64,000 nt of DNA, from NCBI GenBank assembly GCA_963836235.1, contig CAWIIP010000001.1, positions 160,001 to 224,000 of the forward strand. Reading direction: 5' to 3'. Numbering within the stretch: position 1 is the stretch's first letter; each line of letters opens with the position of its first letter. Position numbers and translations under genes: made by a program. Under the pieces are notes generated by a model, which did not search any database, was not told the origin of the DNA, and was given only the letters and a program-made list of their open reading frames with translations. Origin of the DNA: an uncultured Pseudomonadota bacterium (GTDB lineage Bacteria > Oederibacteriota > Muellerivitia > Muellerivitales > Muellerivitaceae). Below, piece by piece: positions 19,148 to 29,600 of the stretch.

Positions 19148-21868
19148 ATGAAGTTCCATCTGCGAGGATTTGGATTTTTAGCGCCGCTGTTGTTCTCCCT
19201 CTTATTCATAGTCGCCCCCAATGCGAAGGCCGACACGTCCATGGCCACCCCCGTGGAAGGCCAAGGCAATAGTCAGTCCGCCGCCGTGACGGGAGTCTCC
19301 GAACTTCCCGAAGTTACGGTGAAGGCTAAGGGCATCGACCAGGCCGCCGCCTTCGATCAGATGCACGATTCCCTGAACAAGGTGAATGTCCTTTCCCAAG
19401 ACCAGATCAACCAGACGCCGGCCAAGACCGTGGCCCAGGCGGCCGAGCAACTGCCCGGGGTCGGGCTTCTGCATGACACCAGCGAAGCCCGCTATCTCAC
19501 GATCCGGGGTACGGATCCGAACCTGGACATCGTCACTTTCAATGAAACTATTATTCCGTCCTATGATGAGGCTGCGAGGTCGGTGGAACTGGACGCTATT
19601 CCGGCGGGCTTGTTCGGCGAAATGCAACTCTACAAGACGATCCTGCCGAACATGGACGCACAGGGTATAGGGGGCCAGCTGAACCTTGTTCCCAAATACG
19701 CCCAAGATTATCCGAACGGGTTGCTCGAGCTGAAGGCCGAAGGGGAATTTTTTCCGGAGCGCAACCAGCCCGGCGTCAGGGGCGATTTGACCTGGGCCGA
19801 TATCTACAACCTGGGAGGGAAAACCAACCTGGGAATCCTCGTCGACGCCGGGTACCAGTTCAGCCGGTTCGGGATCGACGACTTGGAGAATGACTATACT
19901 GACCCCTCGAAAAACCCTGTAGTTGCTAATTCCATCAAAGATTATCAATTCCGGTATTACGACTACGAGCGGGACCGGGCCGGAATCGGAACGAACATCA
20001 ACCTCGACTTAGATCGGGACAACAAGCTTTACGCCAATTTGATGTACAGCGGTTATGACGAGTACCGCGCTCCCGTGTGGCATACGCAATATAAAGGCTT
20101 GGATGCCCTTGCGGCGAACCAAGTGGCTGCCGACGGAACGATAACGGCATCTCCCTCCGATGTTAATAAAAGCGGAACGGATGAATTGACGGAGTTCCGT
20201 ACCCTGGCTTCGGCGGTGGGTGGGTCCAACAATCTCGGTGGCTTCATTCTGGACTACAAGGCCAGCTTTGCCTATGCGGAGACGTATGTTCCCTGGAGCT
20301 ATGGTTATAGTTTCGACGATGCAAGTCCTACCGGCACACTCACTTATAACAATACCGCCAACAACGGGAATACGCCGGTCTTCAACAACAGCGGCCTGAA
20401 CGGAACGGACACCGCTCCGGCCAGTTTCATCTATCAAGGCGCTAATAACAGCACCAGCCTCTACCAAGTGTCCCAGTACGGCGGAAAGGCCGATGGCAAG
20501 TTCGATATACCCCTTGGTGGGGACGATGCCAGTACGGTCAAATTCGGCGCGGCCATGCGGTTGGAATACTCCACCAACACCGGGGAAAGCTTCAACTCGA
20601 CCCAGACGGCTGCCGGCACCACCCTCGCCCTAAGCGCTTTCTCTCTTTATTCCCCCAGCTACTATCCCCCCGACAATATCTATAACATGGGGCCGATTCC
20701 AACCTTAGCCTCGACGACGAGTCTTCTCAACAATGCGAACCAATACCAGGGGCCCTTTCTCCAAACCGATCCGAATGGGGACAAGGGAGGCGACTATAAC
20801 AACTGGGAAGATGTCTATGCGGCTTACGCCATGTACAACGTCAAAAGCGGTCCCATGGAGGCCATGGTGGGCGCCCGGTTGGAGGTCACGCACATCAATT
20901 ACACCTGGTACGAGTCTTACAATTTAATCACCAGCGGAGTCGGAATCGGGGATCCGATTACGGATCAGGCTGATGAATTGCCCACCCCTGTCGCCGAAAC
21001 GGGAACCATCGACTATGCCAACGTCCTGCCGAGCCTGGGATTTAAATATACCTTTAATCCCGATCTCATCACCCGGATGAACTATTCGCAGACCATTGCC
21101 CGTCCGACCCAGAACCAGTACATTCCTTCCTTCAGCTTGGGGCAGGCCCTGAGCTCGCAGGGCGGGAACAACGACGTTTCATTCACCTTCGGCAACCCCA
21201 ACCTGAAACCGGAGATCTCAAACAATATCGATTACTCATTCGAGTTTTATCCGCAAAAAGCGGCCATCTTGGGGGTTGACTTGTTCCTCAAGCAAATAAA
21301 TAACTATATCGTGCAAAATTACTCCAGGGTGGAAGGCCCGGGCGGGGTTGGCTCAGGTGGGGTAACCGACTCCATCAACTACATTAATATTCCCGGTTCC
21401 GTTATCGACGGGATTGAATTCCAGTACCAGCAGCAATACACCATGCTGCCGGACCCCCTGAATGGGATAGGTTTCCGAGGGTCCATTTCCTTTATCGGTT
21501 CCCAAGGAGAGCTTTCCCCGGGTGTCTACGGCGAGCTGCCCAGCCAGTCCGACCTCATTTGGGAAACCGGCGTCTTTTACAAGAAGGGTGGGCTGACCGT
21601 TGACGTCGCGGGTAACTTCACCGGCAAAACTTTGACTGTGATCGGGGACTCAAATGCGCAGAGTTATTCTCCGAGCATATATTACGACGATTATTTCCAG
21701 GTCAACGCGAAGGCCCAGTACGCCCTCACCAAGGACTTCTCGCTCTATGCCGACTGGAACAACATCAACAACGCGGACCTTCGTTACTACCAGGCTGCGC
21801 CCAATTACCCGATCCAGAACGAGTTTTACGGGCCTTCCTACGACGGCGGTATCGACGTCACCTTTTAA
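19148..21868 (+). CDS. TonB-dependent outer-membrane receptor
   Basis: TonB box EVTVKA, plug QLPGV...LTIRG, GNPNLKPE and a terminal Phe. RBS aaagga. Confidence 0.92.
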   Translation: MKFHLRGFGFLAPLLFSLLFIVAPNAKADTSMATPVEGQGNSQSAAVTGVSELPEVTVKAKGIDQAAAFDQMHDSLNKVNVLSQDQINQTPAKTVAQAAEQLPGVGLLHDTSEARYLTIRGTDPNLDIVTFNETIIPSYDEAARSVELDAIPAGLFGEMQLYKTILPNMDAQGIGGQLNLVPKYAQDYPNGLLELKAEGEFFPERNQPGVRGDLTWADIYNLGGKTNLGILVDAGYQFSRFGIDDLENDYTDPSKNPVVANSIKDYQFRYYDYERDRAGIGTNINLDLDRDNKLYANLMYSGYDEYRAPVWHTQYKGLDALAANQVAADGTITASPSDVNKSGTDELTEFRTLASAVGGSNNLGGFILDYKASFAYAETYVPWSYGYSFDDASPTGTLTYNNTANNGNTPVFNNSGLNGTDTAPASFIYQGANNSTSLYQVSQYGGKADGKFDIPLGGDDASTVKFGAAMRLEYSTNTGESFNSTQTAAGTTLALSAFSLYSPSYYPPDNIYNMGPIPTLASTTSLLNNANQYQGPFLQTDPNGDKGGDYNNWEDVYAAYAMYNVKSGPMEAMVGARLEVTHINYTWYESYNLITSGVGIGDPITDQADELPTPVAETGTIDYANVLPSLGFKYTFNPDLITRMNYSQTIARPTQNQYIPSFSLGQALSSQGGNNDVSFTFGNPNLKPEISNNIDYSFEFYPQKAAILGVDLFLKQINNYIVQNYSRVEGPGGVGSGGVTDSINYINIPGSVIDGIEFQYQQQYTMLPDPLNGIGFRGSISFIGSQGELSPGVYGELPSQSDLIWETGVFYKKGGLTVDVAGNFTGKTLTVIGDSNAQSYSPSIYYDDYFQVNAKAQYALTKDFSLYADWNNINNADLRYYQAAPNYPIQNEFYGPSYDGGIDVTF

Positions 21869-22051
21869 AGACGATTGCACAAAGATTTGAAGGGGATTCG
21901 ACTCAAATCTCCCGGCCGGCCCGGCGCGAGTTTAAAAAACCCAACAGGGTTTCGGATTCAGGGACCGAAACTCTGTGCCGGGTTTTGGCCATTTAGGGCC
22001 TTGGAATCGCCTCTTCCGTAATTCAAAATAACCGAAAAAAAGGAACTTTAA

Positions 22052-22678
22052 ATGAACTTGATTTTCATGCATATGGCCCTTCTGGGAGACACCTGGGTGA
22101 TCGGGCTGCTCATCCTGGCCAGCGTGGTTTCCATCGGTGTCATGTTCGAACGCTGGCGGGTCTTCCGCAAGAACCGGGGCGACTTGGCCGCTTTGATGGA
22201 TGGGCTTGCGGCCAGCCTTGAAAAAGGCGACGTACCGGGGGCGGTGGCCCTGGCGGAAAAAAGCGAAAGAATCGAGGCCCGGGTGGCGCTGGCGGGCTTG
22301 AAGAGCTTCCCTAAGGGCGCCGCGACGGTGGAGGAGGTCATGGCCTCCCGTTGGCTGAGGGAAAGGCTGGAACTGGAAAAGTACCTGATCATCCTGGGGA
22401 CCCTGGGCAACAACGCCCCCTTCGTCGGACTTTTCGGGACGGTGCTGGGCGTGATCAAGGCCTTCAACGACCTGGGGATGACGGGCCAAAGCGGGATCTC
22501 GGTCGTCATGGCCGGCATTTCCGCCGCCCTGATCGCCACGGCCTTCGGAATTCTGGTGGCCATCCCCGCAGTCATCGCCAACAACTTTTTCCTGACCCGC
22601 CTAGGGGAGATCCAAACCAACACCGACAGCCTTTCGCGGATCCTCTTGGCCTATTTGAAGCAAGAGAAGGCTAAATAA
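22052..22678 (+). CDS. exbB: MotA/TolQ/ExbB proton channel
   Basis: APFVGLFGTVLGVIKAF and GISAALIATAFGILVAIPA. Confidence 0.9.
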   Translation: MNLIFMHMALLGDTWVIGLLILASVVSIGVMFERWRVFRKNRGDLAALMDGLAASLEKGDVPGAVALAEKSERIEARVALAGLKSFPKGAATVEEVMASRWLRERLELEKYLIILGTLGNNAPFVGLFGTVLGVIKAFNDLGMTGQSGISVVMAGISAALIATAFGILVAIPAVIANNFFLTRLGEIQTNTDSLSRILLAYLKQEKAK

Positions 22679-23079
22679 TGCTGCCGGGATCCAACGACCG
22701 GAACCTGGTCACCGGCATCAATGTCACCCCCCTGGTGGACATCACGCTGGTGCTGCTGATCATCTTCATGGTGACGGCCACCTTCATTAGCGAACAGGCC
22801 CTGCAGGTGCACCTGCCCAAGGTGGTCAAGGAGGAAAAGGCGCCCCAGCCCGCCCTCACGGTGACCCTGGGCAAGGACGGCGAACTCAAGTTCAACCTCA
22901 AAAATATCGACCTGGGCGGCCTGACCCAACAGATGACTGTCGAGACCAGCGTCAACCCCGAGGTGAAAGTGATCCTGAAGGCGGACAAGGACATCCCTTA
23001 CGAGAAATTGGCGCAGGTCCTGGACGCCATCAAAATGGGTGGGGTCCAGAAGGTGGCCCTGGCCATGGACCGGAAATAG
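22678..23079 (+). CDS. exbD: ExbD/TolR biopolymer transporter
   Basis: INVTPLVDITLVLLIIFMVT and ADKDIPY. Confidence 0.9.
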   Translation: MLPGSNDRNLVTGINVTPLVDITLVLLIIFMVTATFISEQALQVHLPKVVKEEKAPQPALTVTLGKDGELKFNLKNIDLGGLTQQMTVETSVNPEVKVILKADKDIPYEKLAQVLDAIKMGGVQKVALAMDRK

Positions 23080-23705
23080 TGAATTCCCCCTTCAACGGTA
23101 TTCTAATGAACCGATATTTCAGCAACATTGAAATGAACCGTGCTTTCGAGGAAATCCTCGCGAGTCGCCTTTACCGCGGTATTCTGCTTTCTTTTGTCCT
23201 GCATGGCGCGATTTTCGGGGGAGCCCTGGGCATCATCGCCTGGGAGGAGGCCCATGCCGAATACAGGACGGATGTCGACCTTAAAGCCACTCCTCTCTTA
23301 ACATTACAGTCCAAGTTGGTTCCTCCGCCGCCACCCGAACCCTGGATCGTCGCCCAAAAGAGCAAGGCCCCGCCCCCGCTCAAGGTCATTCCCACGCCCA
23401 CCCCCGAGGAGGCTCCGATGGCGGTCGCCAGCCGCCAGCCTTCCTTGGTAGGCGGCTTCATTGACGAGAACGATTATCCCCTCGAGATGCGGAAGCAAAA
23501 GAAAGAAGGCCGACTGATCGTGGAACTTCTGATCAATATTGAGGGGAAAGTCGATAAGGTGACCATCCTCCAGGGTGCCGATCCAGCGTTTAATCAGGTG
23601 GTGCTCGATAGGTTGAAAGACGCGAGGTTCCGGCCGGCCTTGGACAAGATGGGCGAGCCCATTAACTGTCGTGTACGACTTCCGATTTCCTTTAAGCTAG
23701 ATTAA
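23079..23705 (+). CDS. tonB: Energy transducer TonB
   Basis: TM SFVLH, Pro-rich linker and YP...EG...FRPA...ISFKL C-domain. Confidence 0.85.
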   Translation: MNSPFNGILMNRYFSNIEMNRAFEEILASRLYRGILLSFVLHGAIFGGALGIIAWEEAHAEYRTDVDLKATPLLTLQSKLVPPPPPEPWIVAQKSKAPPPLKVIPTPTPEEAPMAVASRQPSLVGGFIDENDYPLEMRKQKKEGRLIVELLINIEGKVDKVTILQGADPAFNQVVLDRLKDARFRPALDKMGEPINCRVRLPISFKLD

Positions 23706-23814
23706 GTCGGAGGGACGGGAGGATTGGTTTGACGATGTTGTGCCTAAAAATAAGGGGAAAAACCCCTAAAAAAGTATCGCTTAAGGAATAGAAACGTCTA
23801 AAAGGAGGTTGAGT

Positions 23815-24882
23815 ATGAAGGTTTTCAATTTAAAAAAGGGGACTGGAATGAACAAATTCGCGGCGTTATTGCTATTGATGGCTTTTGCCGGTTGGACGGG
23901 TGGTATCCAGGCGCAGGAAACCGGAAGTGGTGGGTACAAAATCCTCCAAAAAGTTTCTTTGCCGGGGGACGGAGGTTTTGATTTCCTGACGGTCGATAGT
24001 GATGCCCGGCGGGTTTACATCACCCATAACGACAGCGTGCAGGTGCTTGACGCCGATACCTTGAAGCTGGTGGGAACCGTCGACAAGGTCCCCCATCCTC
24101 ACGGCGTGGTCTTTTTGCCCGAATTGGGCAAGGGCTATGCCACCAGCGGAGACCCGGGAAGCGTCGTGGTCTTCGACTTGAAGACGTTTCAACACATAGC
24201 CGAAATTCCCACCGCGAAGGACTCGGATGTCGTTATTTATGACAAGAGTTCGGGGAAGGTGCTGACTTTTAACGGGGACAGTTCTAATTCCACCGTTATT
24301 GATCCCACTACCGACAAGGCGGTCAAAACCGTGGATTTGGGAGGCCAGCCCGAAGTGGCCGTGTCCGACGGCAAAGGCCATATCTTCGATAACGTGGAGA
24401 GCAAAAGCGAAATCCTTAAGATCAATTCCAAGACCATGAAGATCACCAAGCGCTGGCCCCTGGCCCCTGGCGAATCCCCATCGGGGCTTGCCATGGACGT
24501 GGAAAACAACCGGCTCTTCAGCGGATGCCATAATAAGCTGTTGGTGGTGATGAACGCGAAGAACGGGAAAATCATCCAAACCCTGCCTATCGGCGACCAT
24601 GTGGACGGCACCACTTTCGACCCGGCCTCGGGCAACATCTTTGTCTCCTGCGGCGACGGCACGCTGAACGTCATTCACGAGGATTCGCCGAATAAATATT
24701 CCACGGTAGAAAACGTCCAAACCGAGCCTGGCGCTAAGACCCTGGCCTTTGACCCCAAAACCGGCCATGTTTTCCTGACGACGGCCAAAAGGGAAGAGGC
24801 GCCCAGCCCGACGACCGAGGACCCCAAACCCAAACGCAAGATCATTCCGGGGACCTTCCATGTCCTGGTGGTGGGGAAGTAA
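23815..24882 (+). CDS. YncE/YVTN-type beta-propeller periplasmic protein
   Basis: RBS aaggagg and signal peptide. GGFDFLTVD...RVYITH and GAKTLAFDPKT repeats. Confidence 0.8.
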   Translation: MKVFNLKKGTGMNKFAALLLLMAFAGWTGGIQAQETGSGGYKILQKVSLPGDGGFDFLTVDSDARRVYITHNDSVQVLDADTLKLVGTVDKVPHPHGVVFLPELGKGYATSGDPGSVVVFDLKTFQHIAEIPTAKDSDVVIYDKSSGKVLTFNGDSSNSTVIDPTTDKAVKTVDLGGQPEVAVSDGKGHIFDNVESKSEILKINSKTMKITKRWPLAPGESPSGLAMDVENNRLFSGCHNKLLVVMNAKNGKIIQTLPIGDHVDGTTFDPASGNIFVSCGDGTLNVIHEDSPNKYSTVENVQTEPGAKTLAFDPKTGHVFLTTAKREEAPSPTTEDPKPKRKIIPGTFHVLVVGK

Positions 24883-24921
24883 GCTATCCGCGCCGGACTA
24901 AACCCTGTCCCAAGGAGAATT

Positions 24922-25701
24922 ATGGTCAAGAGAACTGTCGCGAAATCTATGGCCGACGATAAGGGTTTGAGCAAGGTCCCCGAGGTGACCCTTCTTTTTT
25001 GGGTCATCAAGATCGCGGCCACCACTCTGGGTGAAACCGGGGGGGACACGGTCTCCATGTCCATGAACCTGGGCTACCTGGTGGGTACGGCCATCTTCGC
25101 CGTCATTTTCCTGGCGGCCGTCACCATCCAGATCAAGGCCCAACGCTTTCATCCCTACATTTATTGGTTCACCATCATCGCCACCACCACCGTCGGCACG
25201 ACTTTGGCCGATTTCGCAGACCGCTCCCTCGGTATTGGTTATGCCGGCGGTTCGGCGATCCTTTTTTGCCTGCTCATAGGGTCCCTTTTCCTATGGCACA
25301 AAACCCTTGGAACGGTGGCGGTGGATTCGGTGAAGGATCCCAAATCGGAGATGTTTTACTGGGTCACCATCATGTTTTCACAGACCTTGGGAACCGCCTT
25401 GGGGGACTGGACGGCTGACAGCGAGGGGATGGGTTACCTGGGAGGGGCAACCCTGTTTGTGATCTTGCTGGCGGTAGTGCTCGGCCTTTATCTTTGGACG
25501 AAAATATCCAGGACCCTGCTCTTCTGGTCCGCCTTCATCCTTACCCGCCCCTTGGGCGCGGTACTGGGTGACTTTTTGGACAAACCCCTCGACCATGGGG
25601 GCCTGAACTTGAGCCGTTACGCCGCCACCGGAGCCCTTTTTCTCTTTATCCTCGCCTGCATCTTTTTCTTTCAGCACCGGGCCGCTCGAAAAAGCCATTA
25701 A
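24922..25701 (+). CDS. COG4705/DUF347 membrane protein
   Basis: SKVPEVTLLFWVIKIAATTLGETGGD and FILTRPLGA. Confidence 0.88.
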   Translation: MVKRTVAKSMADDKGLSKVPEVTLLFWVIKIAATTLGETGGDTVSMSMNLGYLVGTAIFAVIFLAAVTIQIKAQRFHPYIYWFTIIATTTVGTTLADFADRSLGIGYAGGSAILFCLLIGSLFLWHKTLGTVAVDSVKDPKSEMFYWVTIMFSQTLGTALGDWTADSEGMGYLGGATLFVILLAVVLGLYLWTKISRTLLFWSAFILTRPLGAVLGDFLDKPLDHGGLNLSRYAATGALFLFILACIFFFQHRAARKSH

Positions 25702-25724
25702 AGATATAGCCCTGGGAGGCCGGA

Positions 25725-26084
25725 ATGAACCTGATGCGGCGCTTTCACCTGCTCTTGGGATGCTTCTTCGCCCCAGCCCTGCTTTTCTTCACCGTTTCCG
25801 GTATTTTCCAAACGCTGCGGTTGCATAAGGACGTGAAAAACGGCTATCAGGCCCCGGCAATACTGAAAGCCATAGCGAAAATCCATAAGGATCAAAAATT
25901 GCCCGACTCAACCTCCCCGACTTGGCCCCTTCAAGGGTTTGTCTTGCTGATGTCCGCCGGGTTCATCTTCAGTACCGTGGTGGGGTTGGTTTTGGCTTTT
26001 AAGTACTTTCGCCCCCGATGGGTCGTCTGGGTGATGCTGGTGGCGGGAGGAATTCTGCCGGTCACTTTATTGATGGTGAGATAG
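25725..26084 (+). CDS. Small membrane protein (PepSY-TM-like)
   Basis: RRFHLLLGCFFAP...VSG and three hydrophobic segments. Confidence 0.65.
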   Translation: MNLMRRFHLLLGCFFAPALLFFTVSGIFQTLRLHKDVKNGYQAPAILKAIAKIHKDQKLPDSTSPTWPLQGFVLLMSAGFIFSTVVGLVLAFKYFRPRWVVWVMLVAGGILPVTLLMVR

Positions 26085-26135
26085 TCCGTGCCCCTTGGGG
26101 CCGGAAGAAAAAAATTAAATAGTCGGGAGTGGAAA

Positions 26136-28130
26136 ATGAAATTCTTTCAAAAGGCCCTAAGGGCCATCTGCCTGTTTGGAATTTTCGCGGTCGCCAGCCC
26201 TCCTTCACCCGCCTATTCCAAGCCTGCGGTGAGCTCGTCGAAGCCGCCTTTGGTGGAACCCCTACCCCCCACGGGCGATAGCCAAGTCGCCCCTTTGGAA
26301 GTCCCAAAAACCAAAGAACCAAAACTCAGCCGGAAGAATCTAATCTCTCTCCTTCAAAAAAACATTAAGTATGTTTTCGTCCTCTATCAGGAAAACCGCT
26401 CCTTTGATTCCTATTTCGGCACTTTCCCTGGCGTGGAGGGAATCTATTCCCACCCGCAAAGTCTGACCCCCGGCTTTAACCAGTCCGTCCAAAACCCCGA
26501 CGGCACTCAGCAGCCCATCCAGCCTTTCCTCATCGGGCCCAAGCAATTCGCCTCGGACCTGGACGACGTCAAACATTCCCACCTGGTCCTGGTCAAAAAG
26601 ATGGACGTGGTGGAGGGAAAACCCAAGATGGATCAGTTCGCCATGGCCGAGGAGTTCAAGAATGGCCCGGATAAGCCGCCCAGTCTGGCCGACAAGCAGT
26701 TTGGGGAAATGGCCATGTCCCACGTGGACGGCGAGACCATCCCCTTCCTCTGGCGCTGGGCCAACCGGTTCGTGATCTTCGACCACATTTTCCAGTTGAT
26801 GGTGGGTCCCTCGGGTCCCGGCAACCTTTCCATCATCGCCGCCCAAAGCGGGCAGACCCAGGCCGCTCTTCATCCCAAGGAATTGGAGCAGGATTCGGGG
26901 AAGAAGGCTCCCGGTGAGCCCGTTCTCAACAGCAGCGACCCCTTCTGGGGCTCGCCCGAGGACGACTCCAACCCCAAGATGCCAATTAACCCCAAGGACT
27001 TTTCCGGGAAGAACAAAGATAAGGAAACCCATTTGAACCAGACCTACGCCACCATCCCGCTCTCTCTGGCCGGGTCCCAAGCCCAAAGCGAGACCGATGC
27101 CGATCCGCAAAAGGAATCCGACCTCGAGGACCTTCAGGACGACGTGGCCTACCTGGACCAAAAGGGCCAGGCGCCCATTTCCTGGGGCTGGTTTCAGGAG
27201 GGCTTCGGCCATCCCTGGGGCGGCGGGGAAGACCCCACCGACGCCGAGGGCCAGCATTTCTCCTATGTCACCCACCATAACGGGCCACAGTATTTCGGGT
27301 ATATCGTGCATAGCCCGGCCCTGGCCGGGGGCCTCCACGACCTGCAGGACTTTTTCACCGCCGTCAAAAAAGGCGCTCTGTCCGACCAAGGCGGGGTCTA
27401 TTACGTGAAGGGGGGCGGGCATAACCTCTTTGGTTTGAAGCCCTTCGATCCGGATGACGCGGTGCAGAAGCGGTTCCAGGGGGATGACGACCATCCCGGG
27501 GATTCGGATTCCCAGATCAGCGAGGCGATGCTGGCCCATGCCATCAACGCCATCGCCCAAAGCAAATATTGGGACCAATGCGCCATCATTGTCACCTGGG
27601 ACGACGAGGGCGGGTTTTATGACCATGTCCCGCCCCCACTGAACTCCTTCACCCCGGACAAGGAGCCCCTTACGGACGGACCCAGGGTTCCCTTCCTTCT
27701 TCTCTCACCTTATTCGAGGGTCCATGCGGTGGTGCATGAGACGGGGGACCATGGTTCGGTAGTGAAGTTCGTGGATACCCTCTTTGGGCTTACCCCCCTC
27801 GCAAAACTCCCCGATGAACTGAAGGGCCGTAAACTCGGCAAGAAGAATTTGGGGCAGGATAATTGGGGCCCCGACGACGCGCTGACGCCTGGCGTTTGCG
27901 ATCTGGTGGCGGCTTTCGATCCGGCCCGCTTGAGCGGCGCTGTTTCGATCCTCCCGCCCGATTACGCCATTATTCCCGACTCTATCGTGGGGAAGCTTCC
28001 GCAAGAAAGCGGGTTCGGCCTGAAGGATGTCGGGATTGTGCCGGTCGATCAGACCCTCGGCTTGCCGAATCCCATCCCGGCCGACTTCAACCCGAGGCCC
28101 AAAACCAATCCGAACCGCCCCCCTTTCTAA
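26136..28130 (+). CDS. Secreted phosphoesterase (phospholipase C/AcpA acid phosphatase family)
   Basis: YQENRSFDSYFG, GPS (nucleophile), DDHPG, TWDDEGGFYDHVPP and GPRVP. Confidence 0.88.
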   Translation: MKFFQKALRAICLFGIFAVASPPSPAYSKPAVSSSKPPLVEPLPPTGDSQVAPLEVPKTKEPKLSRKNLISLLQKNIKYVFVLYQENRSFDSYFGTFPGVEGIYSHPQSLTPGFNQSVQNPDGTQQPIQPFLIGPKQFASDLDDVKHSHLVLVKKMDVVEGKPKMDQFAMAEEFKNGPDKPPSLADKQFGEMAMSHVDGETIPFLWRWANRFVIFDHIFQLMVGPSGPGNLSIIAAQSGQTQAALHPKELEQDSGKKAPGEPVLNSSDPFWGSPEDDSNPKMPINPKDFSGKNKDKETHLNQTYATIPLSLAGSQAQSETDADPQKESDLEDLQDDVAYLDQKGQAPISWGWFQEGFGHPWGGGEDPTDAEGQHFSYVTHHNGPQYFGYIVHSPALAGGLHDLQDFFTAVKKGALSDQGGVYYVKGGGHNLFGLKPFDPDDAVQKRFQGDDDHPGDSDSQISEAMLAHAINAIAQSKYWDQCAIIVTWDDEGGFYDHVPPPLNSFTPDKEPLTDGPRVPFLLLSPYSRVHAVVHETGDHGSVVKFVDTLFGLTPLAKLPDELKGRKLGKKNLGQDNWGPDDALTPGVCDLVAAFDPARLSGAVSILPPDYAIIPDSIVGKLPQESGFGLKDVGIVPVDQTLGLPNPIPADFNPRPKTNPNRPPF

Positions 28131-28397
28131 GGGGATGGAGCTGCTTGAAAATCACCAATCGCTAGTCCCTGGTTCGGGCGTTCCCTCGGGATTGCCATTT
28201 TAGTGATCAAACGGGAGTTACAAAATTAATGAAGTCAATGGATATTCTTACCTAAGAATGTAGAATGTTGTCCTGTCCCTATTCCCGTTTATCTGGTGGG
28301 GTTCGCCGTGGATGTCCGCGGGAATATTCCCGCGGGAGATCTTGGCATCTTTTCCCAAGTAGGGAAATTCGCGCCTTTTAAACAAACGGAGTAAATC

Positions 28398-28829
28398 ATG
28401 ACCACTTTCCGAACTTCTCGTGATATTCCCGCTTCGCCGGACCAAGTATTCGCGGCCTTCAGCGACCCGCGAAGGCTGGCCCGTTGGTGGGGCCCCGCCG
28501 GATTCACCAATAGCTTCAAGGTTTGCGAGTTCAAGCCGGGTGGGCATTGGTCCTTCGTGATGCATGGTCCCAATGAGGTCGACTATCCGAATGAAAATAT
28601 CTTTGAGGAAGTGGAACCGGCCAGGAAGGTCGTTGTGCGCCACGCGTCAAATCCGGAGTATCGCCTGGTCATCATTTTGACTCCCTCGACCGGAGGAACC
28701 ACGATTTCTTGGGCCCAGACTTTCGATAACCCGGAAACCGCGAGCCGCATCGAGTCCATTGTTGTTCCCGCGAACGAGCAGAACCTCGACCGCCTCCTAG
28801 CCGAGGTATCGGGTCGGGAACCCGGCTAA
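28398..28829 (+). CDS. SRPBCC/AHSA1 domain protein
   Basis: LARWWGPAGF, WSFVMHGP and NEQNLDRL. Confidence 0.88.
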   Translation: MTTFRTSRDIPASPDQVFAAFSDPRRLARWWGPAGFTNSFKVCEFKPGGHWSFVMHGPNEVDYPNENIFEEVEPARKVVVRHASNPEYRLVIILTPSTGGTTISWAQTFDNPETASRIESIVVPANEQNLDRLLAEVSGREPG

Positions 28830-28992
28830 CCCGTCCGATTTCCCATTGGAATACTGGAAGTAATCCAGGAAATAGCCGATGGGTTTTGGTCTTTCGTTGG
28901 GCCTGATCCTGGCCTTTCCAGATCCTTTTAGGTAAAAAAGCCCTGAACGGACGGTATATTTTTCCATGAAAACCCTTTTCTACGATTGAAAT

Positions 28993-29022
28993 GGAATAAA
29001 ATGCCTTTTCAAAAGGCTTATC
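28993..29022 (+). promoter_or_regulatory. Putative ECF sigma promoter (autoregulatory): GGAATAAA-N16-CTTATC
   Basis: Lies directly upstream of the ECF gene's RBS. The same bipartite motif and spacing recur at 33261 and 42914. Confidence 0.7.
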
Positions 29023-29035
29023 CTAAGGAGGAAGT

Positions 29036-29599
29036 TTGGAAGACCGGGAGTTGGTTCGAAAAATACTCCAGGGTGACGAGGAAGCCAAAACCCAATTCTT
29101 TATCCAATACCGGGAACGCCTTTATAAGGATTGCGTTTTTCTCTTGGGCTACCGGGACTCGGAAGCCGAAGACCTGGTACAGGAAGCTTTCCTGATCGCC
29201 TTCAAAAAGCTTCCTGGGTTCGAATTCCGGTCTTCGCTGGGGACCTGGCTGACGCAGATCGGCATTTACCTTTGCTACAACCGCTACCGGACCCGGGCCC
29301 GGACGGTCCTGCAGGACGAGGAGAATTTGGAAAGCCTTTTGAGGGCGAAATCCTTGGAAGGGGAAGCCCAAAAATCCCGGGACGAGGACAAAAATCAAAA
29401 GCTCCGGCTGATCGACATGGGCCTGGAGAAGATCGGCCCCGAATGCCGGGAGATTGTGGTGTTGAGGGATAAAGAGGAAAAGACTTATATCGAAATCGGG
29501 AAGCTGTTGAAAATCCCATTGGGAACGGTGATGTCCCGTCTGTCGCGGTGCAAAAAGGCCCTGAAGGTTTTGATCGAACAAATGACTCAAGAAGGATGA
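29036..29599 (+). CDS. ECF-type RNA polymerase sigma factor
   Basis: EAEDLVQEAF, FRSSLGTWL and YIEIGKLLKIPLGTVMSRLSR. RBS aaggagg before a TTG start. Confidence 0.95.
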   Translation: MEDRELVRKILQGDEEAKTQFFIQYRERLYKDCVFLLGYRDSEAEDLVQEAFLIAFKKLPGFEFRSSLGTWLTQIGIYLCYNRYRTRARTVLQDEENLESLLRAKSLEGEAQKSRDEDKNQKLRLIDMGLEKIGPECREIVVLRDKEEKTYIEIGKLLKIPLGTVMSRLSRCKKALKVLIEQMTQEG

Positions 29600-29600
29600 G

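Noticed and set aside
26340-27626. Long antisense ORFs (428 aa here; also 23872 and 40524)
   Set aside because: They lie opposite well-supported GC3-rich genes and have no recognisable motifs.
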